This document shows, one piece after another, positions 19,292-26,492 of a stretch of DNA of 51,543 nt; position 1 is the first letter of the stretch; every line of letters begins with the position of its first letter. The notes below the pieces were generated by a model, which was not told where the DNA came from, made no database searches, and saw nothing but the letters and a program-made list of their open reading frames with translations. A program made the position numbers and the translations under genes. The stretch is taken from the IMG/VR virus record IMGVR_UViG_3300024054_000001, positions 1-51,543 of that record. One strand, written 5' to 3'. The stretch is from a virus. Taxonomy: Duplodnaviria > Caudoviricetes.

Positions 19292-19615
19292 ATGGCCAGA
19301 GTCCCGGTCAACAAGCCCGCTCGCGTGACGGCGTCATTCAAGGACGAGTCGGGCAACAAGTACGATCCGTCGATCGTGAAGCTCCGCGTCGGGCTCGTCG
19401 TTCCGCGCAGCGGCCAGCGTCTCTACGAGGCGACGTACATCTACCCGGCCGGCGACGGCGACGGCACGATCGTGAAGGACTCCACGGGCGACTACCACGC
19501 CGACATCACGATGACCGAGGTCGGGTGGCTCCAGTACCAGTGGGAGGGCGACAACGTGCTCGACCCGATCGGCTGGGACCAGATCGATATCGTCAACCCG
19601 CCGTTCTCCGCCTGA
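19292..19615 (+). CDS. small Ig-like virion protein
   Basis: 107 aa; IVKDSTGDYHADI...GWLQYQWEG beta pattern. Confidence 0.55.
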   Translation: MARVPVNKPARVTASFKDESGNKYDPSIVKLRVGLVVPRSGQRLYEATYIYPAGDGDGTIVKDSTGDYHADITMTEVGWLQYQWEGDNVLDPIGWDQIDIVNPPFSA

Positions 19616-19848
19616 TGTCCCTCGTCGTTTCCATCGCCCGCGGCGTGCTCACCACGCAGGACCTCGACCGCGTGAAGCGCGCCTACGGCGTCGCCGAGGC
19701 GAAGCTCCAAGAGCAGGGCTTCACGCCCACGCCCTCCGCGCTCGACCTGCGCGCCGAGTTGCGGCGTCTCGGCGAGCACCTCTCGATTCCCCACGTCCGG
19801 CAGCTCGCGACGCTCGCGAGGATCCGCCTGGCCGACTCCACCGACTGA
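19615..19848 (+). CDS. hypothetical protein
   Basis: TGATG overlap; MSLVVSIARGVLTTQDL...; 77 aa. Confidence 0.55.
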   Translation: MSLVVSIARGVLTTQDLDRVKRAYGVAEAKLQEQGFTPTPSALDLRAELRRLGEHLSIPHVRQLATLARIRLADSTD

Positions 19849-19857
19849 GGTTCCACC

Positions 19858-20502
19858 ATGTTGCTGACCGCATTGTTCGAGCGCCTGATGGCGCTGGCGC
19901 ACCTGTCCGCCTACACGCAGCTCGCGTATCGTCTCGGCGCCGAGTTCGCCGCGTGGGGAGCGTTCTTCTCGCTGTTCTGGCGCGCTCTCCCACAGGCTCG
20001 CCGCGACACGATCGAGCGCTCGTGGCCTCGCCTGGTGGGGCTCGTGCGCGTGCTGATCGCGTGGGGCGTCGACCTCCGCACCGCGGCCGCTGCCGCCGGC
20101 TATCAGATTGTCGCCGGTGTGCCGAAGGCCGACGCGATCGCGCGCAAGAGTGCGACACCGCGGCCGCCCCCGCTGCCGCTCCTGCTCGCCCTCGGACTCG
20201 GTGTGCTCGCGGGATGCCCGAGACTGCCTCCCGTCGACCTGTGTCAGCCAGGCGCGCAGTCGTGCAACGGCGACCGGCCACACGTGTGCTCGCAGTCGCA
20301 GCGCTGGGCGCCGGCGTCGCCGAGGACCTGTGCGAGTGCTGGCCTCGTGTGCTGCTACACGCGCAGCCCGTTCGGGCACGACGTCTACGCGTGTGTGCGC
20401 GCGGCGGCGTGTCTGCCCGAGGGGCCGGTCGAGTCTCCCGCGGTCGGGGACGGTTCTGCTGCAGTGACGACGTCGTCGACGGCAGATGGAGGTGCGCGAT
20501 GA
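19858..20502 (+). CDS. membrane (holin-like) protein with an internal lipobox and Cys-rich C-terminal domain
   Basis: GAGG RBS; hydrophobic N-terminal half; LLLALGLGVLAG-C120; 8 further Cys; lies upstream of the endolysin. Confidence 0.6.
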   Translation: MLLTALFERLMALAHLSAYTQLAYRLGAEFAAWGAFFSLFWRALPQARRDTIERSWPRLVGLVRVLIAWGVDLRTAAAAAGYQIVAGVPKADAIARKSATPRPPPLPLLLALGLGVLAGCPRLPPVDLCQPGAQSCNGDRPHVCSQSQRWAPASPRTCASAGLVCCYTRSPFGHDVYACVRAAACLPEGPVESPAVGDGSAAVTTSSTADGGAR

Positions 20503-21128
20503 TCTCGCTCGTTCTCGCGATGCAGTTCGCTCGGCAGATGGCCGAGCGGTTCCACGCTCGACTCGTTCGAAAGAGCGACGCGATCGAGATGAAGCTCGTC
20601 GCGGCCGCGCTCGAGGCCGCCCGTCTGTTCGGCGCGCGTCTCCCGTCGACCGACGAGTTCCTCACGCGCTACGCCACGACGATCGGGCCCATGATCTACC
20701 TGCCCGACTCGATGTGGGACGACCCTCGCGCTCTCGTCGAGGTCGTGACGCACGAGTGCCAACACGTCCGGCAGTTCTGGCGTGGCAGCGGCGACGGCGT
20801 CGCAGGACCGACCGACAGGGACCTGCCGGGTGGATTCGGGTTCGGGTGGCTGTACCTCACTCAGGGCGAGGCGCGCGTGCGGTTCGAAGCCGAGGCGTAC
20901 GTCGCGGGCCTCGAGGCGACCGTGATCGGCATCGGTGAGCCGCTGCCGACGTCGCTCGAGCCGCTCGTCCAACCACTCGAGGGCGGCTACGCGCTCAACG
21001 ACGGCGAGATCGCGCTCGCTCGCGGTCTGCTCGAGGTCGGCGCGACGCAGGTCGCCCAGGGCGTCGCCCTCACCGACGCGGGGCAGACGGCGGTCGAGCT
21101 GCTCCGGCAGCTCGGGGTCGGGCGATGA
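20499..21128 (+). CDS. HExxH zinc metallopeptidase-like protein
   Basis: ATTIGPMIY...VTHECQHVRQ...FEAEAY zincin pattern; GGAGG RBS. Confidence 0.75.
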   Translation: MISLVLAMQFARQMAERFHARLVRKSDAIEMKLVAAALEAARLFGARLPSTDEFLTRYATTIGPMIYLPDSMWDDPRALVEVVTHECQHVRQFWRGSGDGVAGPTDRDLPGGFGFGWLYLTQGEARVRFEAEAYVAGLEATVIGIGEPLPTSLEPLVQPLEGGYALNDGEIALARGLLEVGATQVAQGVALTDAGQTAVELLRQLGVGR

Positions 21129-21174
21129 TGCTCGACGATCCCGACCGCTTCGACGCTGCGCCGTGGTGCGCGTC

Positions 21175-22038
21175 GTGAGCGGCCTCATCCTCGACGGCCG
21201 CGTCGTGCCGGTGCCCGGCGTCGACGTGCACTCCTACCTCGACGACGACCGGATCCCGGAGGCCACGGATGGCTACCGGCTCCGTCGCCGTCCGGTCGGC
21301 CCGAAGCGTGACGCGGCCGACGGCCCGTGGATTCGCGCGATCGTGCTGCACACGGTGCATGGCAAGCGTGGCGGCACGCTGCGCGCCGGACTCGGTCCAC
21401 CGTCGCAGCGAGACGTCTGGTACGCGCAGTACCAGGCGCGCACGCCCCGCGACGTCTCGTGGGACTACACCGTCGACACCGACGGGAGTGTCGCTGTGTC
21501 GAACGACCCGCTGCGCCGCGCGAGCTGGCACGCCGGGGGCGTCAACCGCCTCACGATCGGCATCGAGCTGGTGCAGGAGTCCGACGGCTCGCTCTGGATG
21601 GGGCAGCTCGACGTGCTCGTGCGCGTGCTCGACGTGCTCACGCGCGAACTGCGCATCCAGCGGCAGGTGCCGTTCGTGCCCGGCCAGGGCGCGCAGCGAG
21701 ACGTGTTCCCGCGGCTGCACAAGGTCGTCTCGACGCCACGACTGCACGAAAAGCCCGGCACCGATCCGGGTGGCGCATCGCTCGTCGGGATCTACGGCCA
21801 TCGCAACCAGACGATCCAGCGCGGCGTGGGCGATCCCACCGACTGGCCGTTCGAGCGCCTGGTCGACGCCGGCTACGAGGCCATGGACATGATGCACGGC
21901 GGCGACATCGACACGTGGCGGGTGCGCCAGGCGCAGCTCGGCATCGGCGTCGACGGGATCGCGGGGCCCGCGACCGTTGCCGCGCTCGAGCACGCCGGAC
22001 ACGCCCACGGTCTCTGGGCCAGTCGGCCGGGGGACTGA
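21175..22038 (+). CDS. endolysin: N-acetylmuramoyl-L-alanine amidase (Amidase_2) with peptidoglycan-binding tail
   Basis: IVLHT, SWHAGGVN, IGIE, GHR...DP motifs and C-terminal GIGVDGIAGPAT; start GTG inferred. Confidence 0.85.
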   Translation: MSGLILDGRVVPVPGVDVHSYLDDDRIPEATDGYRLRRRPVGPKRDAADGPWIRAIVLHTVHGKRGGTLRAGLGPPSQRDVWYAQYQARTPRDVSWDYTVDTDGSVAVSNDPLRRASWHAGGVNRLTIGIELVQESDGSLWMGQLDVLVRVLDVLTRELRIQRQVPFVPGQGAQRDVFPRLHKVVSTPRLHEKPGTDPGGASLVGIYGHRNQTIQRGVGDPTDWPFERLVDAGYEAMDMMHGGDIDTWRVRQAQLGIGVDGIAGPATVAALEHAGHAHGLWASRPGD

Positions 22039-22469
22039 TGGTCGCCCGCCTGCTCGTCGCCCTGCTCTCGCTCCTGCGCGGGCCGCAGTCCGCGTGCATC
22101 GAGTCCCGCCGGGATGTGATCATCGCCGCGGCCGAGGCCGGCGAGCGCGACCACGGCGTGCCGCCGGTGATCCTGCTCGTGATCGGCTTCGCCGAGAGTC
22201 ACCTCGGATGCGACGTCGGCGAGGGCGGCGGGTGGGGCGCCCCGATCTCGCGCACGCGCCGGCACACGGCCGGCACACCCGACCACGCTGCACGGGCGCT
22301 CGCCCGCAGCTACGAGGTCTGCGGCACCTGGCTCGGCGCCGTCTCGCGCTTCCGGTGCGGCCTCTGCCGCTGCCCGAGGCTGCGCGGCTACGACCCGACC
22401 GACGCGATGCGCCTGGTCGACCGCGTCTCGACGAGGGCCGGGACGCCGGCGCCGACGGGGGCGCCGTAG
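22038..22469 (+). CDS. secreted lysozyme-fold/lytic transglycosylase-like protein
   Basis: N-terminal hydrophobic signal; HGVPPVILLVIGFAES matches SLT motif I (catalytic Glu); WLGAVSRF matches a degenerate motif III. Confidence 0.55.
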   Translation: MVARLLVALLSLLRGPQSACIESRRDVIIAAAEAGERDHGVPPVILLVIGFAESHLGCDVGEGGGWGAPISRTRRHTAGTPDHAARALARSYEVCGTWLGAVSRFRCGLCRCPRLRGYDPTDAMRLVDRVSTRAGTPAPTGAP

Positions 22470-22472
22470 CTC

Positions 22473-22501
22473 TCGACGCGACTCGCTCGCTCACGTACTC
22501 T
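22473..22501 (+). promoter_or_regulatory. putative promoter TCGACG-17-TACTCT
   Basis: Intergenic; exact 17-nt spacing; same -10 hexamer as the ImmA promoter. Confidence 0.45.
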
Positions 22502-22507
22502 TGAGCC

Positions 22508-22571
22508 TCACCGGTTGGTGGCGCTCGCCGATCGACCCGTACGCCCGCTCCCTTCGGGGGGCGGGCGTTTC
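22508..22571 (+). ncRNA. candidate small RNA (two hairpins)
   Basis: Lies between the putative promoter and the terminator; 5' hairpin CGGUUGGUG/CGCCGAUCG. Confidence 0.3.
22541..22571 (+). terminator. intrinsic terminator hairpin between convergent late operon and integrase
   Basis: ACGCCCGCTCCC-TTCG-GGGGGCGGGCGT followed by a short T run. Confidence 0.8.
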
Positions 22572-22572
22572 G

Positions 22573-23892
22573 TCATTTCACGACCCGGCGCCGCGTTCGC
22601 TGCTTCACATCTGCTACAGCGGCTCTCGTCTCACGTGGTTTCGCCAACGGCGACGCAGGCTTGGGCAGCCAGATCGCGCGACTTTTAATCCGTTGGTCCA
22701 GGGTTCGATCCCCTGAGGTCCCACTGTTTTTCTCGGCGTTTCCAGCTTCCGTCAGTCCAGGGAGTCCATGGAGTGCTGCCGAGTCCACCGAGACTGCTAC
22801 ACCGGCGCTACAGTCGATCGTCGCAGCGAGTCGTGACGCGAGCGCGTCGGTCGACAGTCGCGCGTAGACGAGTTGCAGCATCGTCGTCGTGCGGTGTCCC
22901 ATGACGGGTGCGATCAACTCGAGCGGCGCGCCCGCGTGACGCAGCCAGGTCGCGCACGTGCGTCGCAGGTCGTTCGGTGTGCACCGCGTGATCGCCGCGT
23001 CCGCGCACTCGGCGCGATCGCACTGCCAGTGCTTCGCGATCGCGGCAGGGCATCGACGCGCGACGCATCCCGCACGCCGACACGCGCGCTCGAGGTCGCG
23101 CATCGGGTTGGACCACGAGCGGAAGAGCTGGGGTGCACGGCCGCCGGCATGCTCAAGCGCGAACGCGAGCATCGCGGACTGCTCGGGTGACACGATCGGA
23201 ACCTCGCGGTCCGACAGCTCGGTCTTCGTGCCGCGGAGGTGCACGCGATCGCCGCGGGCGTCGCCGCGCTCGGCTCGACACGTCTCGCCCCACCGTGCCG
23301 ACGTCGCGAGGATGAACGCCACGCGCGCGGCTCGGTCGGGCTCGAGGGCGCCGAGAAGTCTCTGGGCCTCGGCGAGCGTGAGCGCGCGCGTCCGTGGACG
23401 GTAGCCGCTCTCGACACGCGCCGGCATCACCGCGTCGATCGCGCCCGACCAGGTCCCGCGTCGCAGCGCCAAGCGCAGCGCCGACCGCAGTGTCGTCAGC
23501 TCCTTCGCGATCGTGTGCTCGCTCGTGCGCTCGCGACGTCGCTGCGACAGGTAGCCGTCGATCGTCGCTGCGTCGAGTTGCGCGGCCGGAAGGTCCCCGC
23601 CGAGCACGCGGAGCCACTGAGCGGCGCAGCCAGCGTAGAACTTCACCGTGGCGTGACTGCGGACGCCAGCGACGGCCTGCTCGTGTCGTGCATCGACGAG
23701 GGTCTGCAGGAGCGTTGCTAGGGTCGTCGACCGCCGCGCTGCGCGGGCCGGATCTTGGGCGGCTCGTTCGAGCCCACGAGCCGCAGACTCGGCCGCTCGT
23801 CGATCATGGCAGCGGGTCGAGCGGCACTGCCGCGCGCCCGACGCGTCGTAGAACCAACACCACCAGACCGAACCTCGGCGATAGAGCCGCAT
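22573..23892 (-). CDS. int: tyrosine integrase (439 aa) containing attP in its 3' end
   Basis: GAGGAG RBS before MRLYRRGSVWW; catalytic R (ARWGE), K (GTKT), NDLRRT, MGH and Y (LVYAR). Confidence 0.92.
   Translation of the reverse strand: MRLYRRGSVWWCWFYDASGARQCRSTRCHDRRAAESAARGLERAAQDPARAARRSTTLATLLQTLVDARHEQAVAGVRSHATVKFYAGCAAQWLRVLGGDLPAAQLDAATIDGYLSQRRRERTSEHTIAKELTTLRSALRLALRRGTWSGAIDAVMPARVESGYRPRTRALTLAEAQRLLGALEPDRAARVAFILATSARWGETCRAERGDARGDRVHLRGTKTELSDREVPIVSPEQSAMLAFALEHAGGRAPQLFRSWSNPMRDLERACRRAGCVARRCPAAIAKHWQCDRAECADAAITRCTPNDLRRTCATWLRHAGAPLELIAPVMGHRTTTMLQLVYARLSTDALASRLAATIDCSAGVAVSVDSAALHGLPGLTEAGNAEKNSGTSGDRTLDQRIKSRAIWLPKPASPLAKPRETRAAVADVKQRTRRRVVK
22600..22812. promoter_or_regulatory. 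putative integrase arm-type sites and Xis-binding repeats flanking the attP core
   Basis: CTGCTTCA/CTGCTACA at 22600/22611 and CTGCTACA/GCGCTACA at 22794/22805 (both pairs 11 bp apart); AGTCCA at 22754, 22763 and 22782. Confidence 0.55.
22680..22724 (+). other. attP core: 3' half of tRNA-Lys(UUU)
   Basis: GA-CTTTTAA-TCCGT-TGGTC-CAGGG-TTCGATC-CCCTG-AGGTCCC-AC gives the anticodon loop, variable loop, T arm and acceptor strand; the 5' half is absent. Confidence 0.92.
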
Positions 23893-24086
23893 CGGATCGC
23901 CTCCTCGAGCTGCCGCGAATACTGTTGCCACCGGTCGGCCGGGACACGCAAGAACCCTCTCGCCCCACGCTCGCGCCCGGCCGCGCGTCGCAGGTGCTCG
24001 TACGCGAGCGATCGGCTGCATCCGAGCGCCGCCTGCACGTCGTCGACGCCGAGCCACTTCTGCACATGGGGGAGGGGAGCGGTCAT
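23718..24086 (-). CDS. excisionase/recombination directionality factor-like HTH, overlapping int by 175 nt
   Basis: WLGVDDVQAALGCSRSLAYEHL is an HTH_17/AlpA-type motif; lies immediately upstream of int. Confidence 0.7.
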   Translation of the reverse strand: MTAPLPHVQKWLGVDDVQAALGCSRSLAYEHLRRAAGRERGARGFLRVPADRWQQYSRQLEEAIRCGSIAEVRSGGVGSTTRRARGSAARPAAMIDERPSLRLVGSNEPPKIRPAQRGGRRP

Positions 24087-24250
24087 CGACGCACCCATCC
24101 CGCGAGCACGTGTTCGGCGACTCGTCGCCAGCCCTCGCGCGCGCGCTCGGAGAGCGAGTGCCAGTGCCCCGGCGACCACGGCTGACGCCAATACGCGCAC
24201 TCCAGGCGCGAGGCGAGGTCGTCGAGCGGCGTGAGCGGCGGGCGGGTCAT
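24083..24250 (-). CDS. hypothetical protein
   Basis: MTRPPLTPLDDL...; ATGA overlaps on both sides. Confidence 0.5.
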   Translation of the reverse strand: MTRPPLTPLDDLASRLECAYWRQPWSPGHWHSLSERAREGWRRVAEHVLAGWVRR

Positions 24251-24633
24251 CGCGGATTCACCGGCTCGAGTTCTTTCGGGCCACGCCTTCCGTCCGTGCC
24301 GAGCACGATCGCCCGCAGCACGCGGGTGTGAGAGAGTCGGACATGCGGCTGCCATTCGGCGGCCGTCGCTCGCTGGATCTCGATCACGCACTCGCGGATC
24401 GCGCCCACGAGCGCACCGATCCGAGCCGGCACGACGTCTCCATCCGTGGCGCCAAGCAGCGCAATGGACGAGCGTTCCAAGTCGTCGGCCGCTTCGCGAA
24501 TCGCATCGATGCGTCGATCGAGGTCGTAATTGATCGCGCGCGCGCCCCACAGTGCGCTCGCCGTGCATTCGGGGCACGGCTTGTGGTCGTTGTACCGTCG
24601 GCGATGAGACACGCAAAGAGACCACTTGATCAT
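24247..24633 (-). CDS. hypothetical protein
   Basis: 128 aa; ATGA overlaps; N-terminal C/H cluster. Confidence 0.55.
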   Translation of the reverse strand: MIKWSLCVSHRRRYNDHKPCPECTASALWGARAINYDLDRRIDAIREAADDLERSSIALLGATDGDVVPARIGALVGAIRECVIEIQRATAAEWQPHVRLSHTRVLRAIVLGTDGRRGPKELEPVNPR

Positions 24634-25148
24634 GACGTGTGTCTCCGCTGCGCCACGATCGCGTCGATCACATCGGTCGGAATCCGATGCCGTGCGCCCT
24701 TATGTCTGTGATCCCGGAGCACGCCTGCCGCGCGCAGCCAGCTGTGCATCGTGGCGATGCAGATGCCTCGACGCCGAGCGGCTGACCCGACTGTTTCCGT
24801 CGCTCCTCGTGCCTCGACTGCCCAACGAGCGGCGAATCGATCGACGAGGAGCTGTGCTCGCCCGTTCCGTCGCGTCCGAAACGATGTCCTGCGCACCATT
24901 GCGACGCCGGCCTCACGAAGAATCCGACGCAGCGAACGCGGATCATACCCGGTCTCGATCGCCGCGGCTGCGAGCGAGACGAAGCCTTGTGAGCGGCTCG
25001 GAAGCCCGAAGCGAGACGCGCGTCGGTAGATGGCGCAGGGCGTCCGACCGAGCAGTTCTGCCAATTGCTCGAGCGTCTTCTCGCGCCATAGAGATCGCAG
25101 CCGATCATCGTCGACGGCGGACCATCGTGGGCCGGGACGGCGGGTCAT
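24630..25148 (-). CDS. multi-HTH DNA-binding protein
   Basis: WSAVDDDRL...LAELLGRTPCAIYRRASRFGL Myb/HTH-like domain plus two further HTH-like segments. Confidence 0.65.
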   Translation of the reverse strand: MTRRPGPRWSAVDDDRLRSLWREKTLEQLAELLGRTPCAIYRRASRFGLPSRSQGFVSLAAAAIETGYDPRSLRRILREAGVAMVRRTSFRTRRNGRAQLLVDRFAARWAVEARGATETVGSAARRRGICIATMHSWLRAAGVLRDHRHKGARHRIPTDVIDAIVAQRRHTS

Positions 25149-25414
25149 GGCCGACGTCTCCCCCGCTTCTTCTCCGGCACGTCGACGTCCCACAGCACTT
25201 GCGCTGCCGCTGCGTGGCGCATCCGGTGGGCGTAGCGTTGGGCGCGCTCGATCGCAGCAAAGAGCCTGTGAATCGTCGGGTCGTCGGCGTCGATCGAGTT
25301 GACGACGCGCAGTGCCTTTGCGTCGTCGAGCGCGGACTCGGCGGCGTTGAGGTGTTCGATCACTCGCCACATCGCGTCGTACGCGGCGCGGCGGTCGGAG
25401 GGGTCAGCCGACAT
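25145..25414 (-). CDS. hypothetical protein
   Basis: 89 aa; GGAGG RBS; part of the operon. Confidence 0.55.
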   Translation of the reverse strand: MSADPSDRRAAYDAMWRVIEHLNAAESALDDAKALRVVNSIDADDPTIHRLFAAIERAQRYAHRMRHAAAAQVLWDVDVPEKKRGRRRP

Positions 25415-25754
25415 CGCCCGCCTCCAGTCTCGCCGCGACCTCGGCGGCCACCTGCCGGATCGACCGCGCTAGCGCGCTCGCCTGTTCGATCGTGAGGCGC
25501 ACGTCTCCGCGCGAGTTGCGCGGACTCCACAGTCGCACGAGGGTGCGGCCGGCCTCGGTGATCGTCTCGACGGCGCACCGCTTGGCGCGGTACGCACTCC
25601 GAGCCTCGATCGCCGATCCAAGCTCGACCATCTCGACGAGGGTTCCCTCGATCGACTCCCAGCACGGCGATAGGTGGGTCCGTTGGTCGATGATCGAATA
25701 CCAACCATCACCACAATCGTCGAGCACGAGGTCGTAGCCTGCGGGGCCGGTCAT
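25404..25754 (-). CDS. hypothetical protein
   Basis: MTGPAGYDLVLDD...; GAGG RBS; ATGA overlap. Confidence 0.55.
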   Translation of the reverse strand: MTGPAGYDLVLDDCGDGWYSIIDQRTHLSPCWESIEGTLVEMVELGSAIEARSAYRAKRCAVETITEAGRTLVRLWSPRNSRGDVRLTIEQASALARSIRQVAAEVAARLEAGDVG

Positions 25755-26020
25755 CGTGGACCTCGCTTGACCCAGCGCATCGCGCCCGGCGGAGCCTCCA
25801 GGATCATGCTGATCGACTGGCCTGCGGTGGTCCACGTGCCCAGTGCCGCGCCGAGGTAGCGATCGCCGGGGCGGATCGTGCACACCGGCTCGAGATTCTG
25901 CCCGCGGACGATCCCGAGGTTGCCCGCTGGGTCCGGCGTTGGGTTCATCGGATTGATCTTCCGTGAGTCGCGGAAGCGGACCCAACGAACGGCAGCACCG
26001 CAGGATCTACAGGCGGCCAT
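25751..26020 (-). CDS. hypothetical Zn-ribbon-like phage protein
   Basis: MAACRSCGAAVRWV...P..GNL common phage motif; GAGG RBS. Confidence 0.6.
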   Translation of the reverse strand: MAACRSCGAAVRWVRFRDSRKINPMNPTPDPAGNLGIVRGQNLEPVCTIRPGDRYLGAALGTWTTAGQSISMILEAPPGAMRWVKRGPR

Positions 26021-26492
26021 CGGAACGCCTCGATCGCGAAACGCGTCCATCTCGCCGGGCGCGCTGGTACTCTGCCGAGAGGCCCGCATCCCCCAGCATC
26101 CGCATCACGCTCGCCGGGCCTGCGAGCCCGAGCGTCTGAGCCGCGCGAGTAAGATTCCACGCGTGATGCTCGAGCACGGCGCGCAGAACGCTGGCTCGCA
26201 GGACTCTTGAAACACCGTCGCTCCATCGGCTGACGAAGCTTGCGCCGACGGGCGGCCGCAGAACGCGTTTGCGGTGACCGCCGACCACGATCACGCCAGA
26301 GCGACGTGCCGCAAGGTATTCGCTCTTCAGACCGAGGATCGTGATCTCCCGGAGCACGCCTGCCGCGCCCGAGAGTTTCAGGAGTTCGGCGGCGTGCGTG
26401 AGATTCCATTCGGTCGCGATGAGGACGTCGAGCAGCATCGCCCTGCGAAGCTCCCTGTGCGCGTCGTTCGAGATCTGGATGAGCGGGAACAT
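26007..26492 (-). CDS. tandem Fis-type HTH protein
   Basis: Two copies of L..(T/H).WNLT.AA..L.L.G...V.R.....GL. Confidence 0.7.
   Translation of the reverse strand: MFPLIQISNDAHRELRRAMLLDVLIATEWNLTHAAELLKLSGAAGVLREITILGLKSEYLAARRSGVIVVGGHRKRVLRPPVGASFVSRWSDGVSRVLRASVLRAVLEHHAWNLTRAAQTLGLAGPASVMRMLGDAGLSAEYQRARRDGRVSRSRRSDGRL

Noticed and set aside
22650-22730. Intact phage-encoded tRNA-Lys gene
   Set aside because: No D arm or 5' acceptor strand, the anticodon stem pairs for only 2 bp, and there is no CCA; it is an attP fragment.
23893-24057. N-terminal extension of the integrase
   Set aside because: A strong GAGGAG RBS and the arm-binding motif begin at ATG 23892. A longer isoform cannot be fully excluded but has no support.
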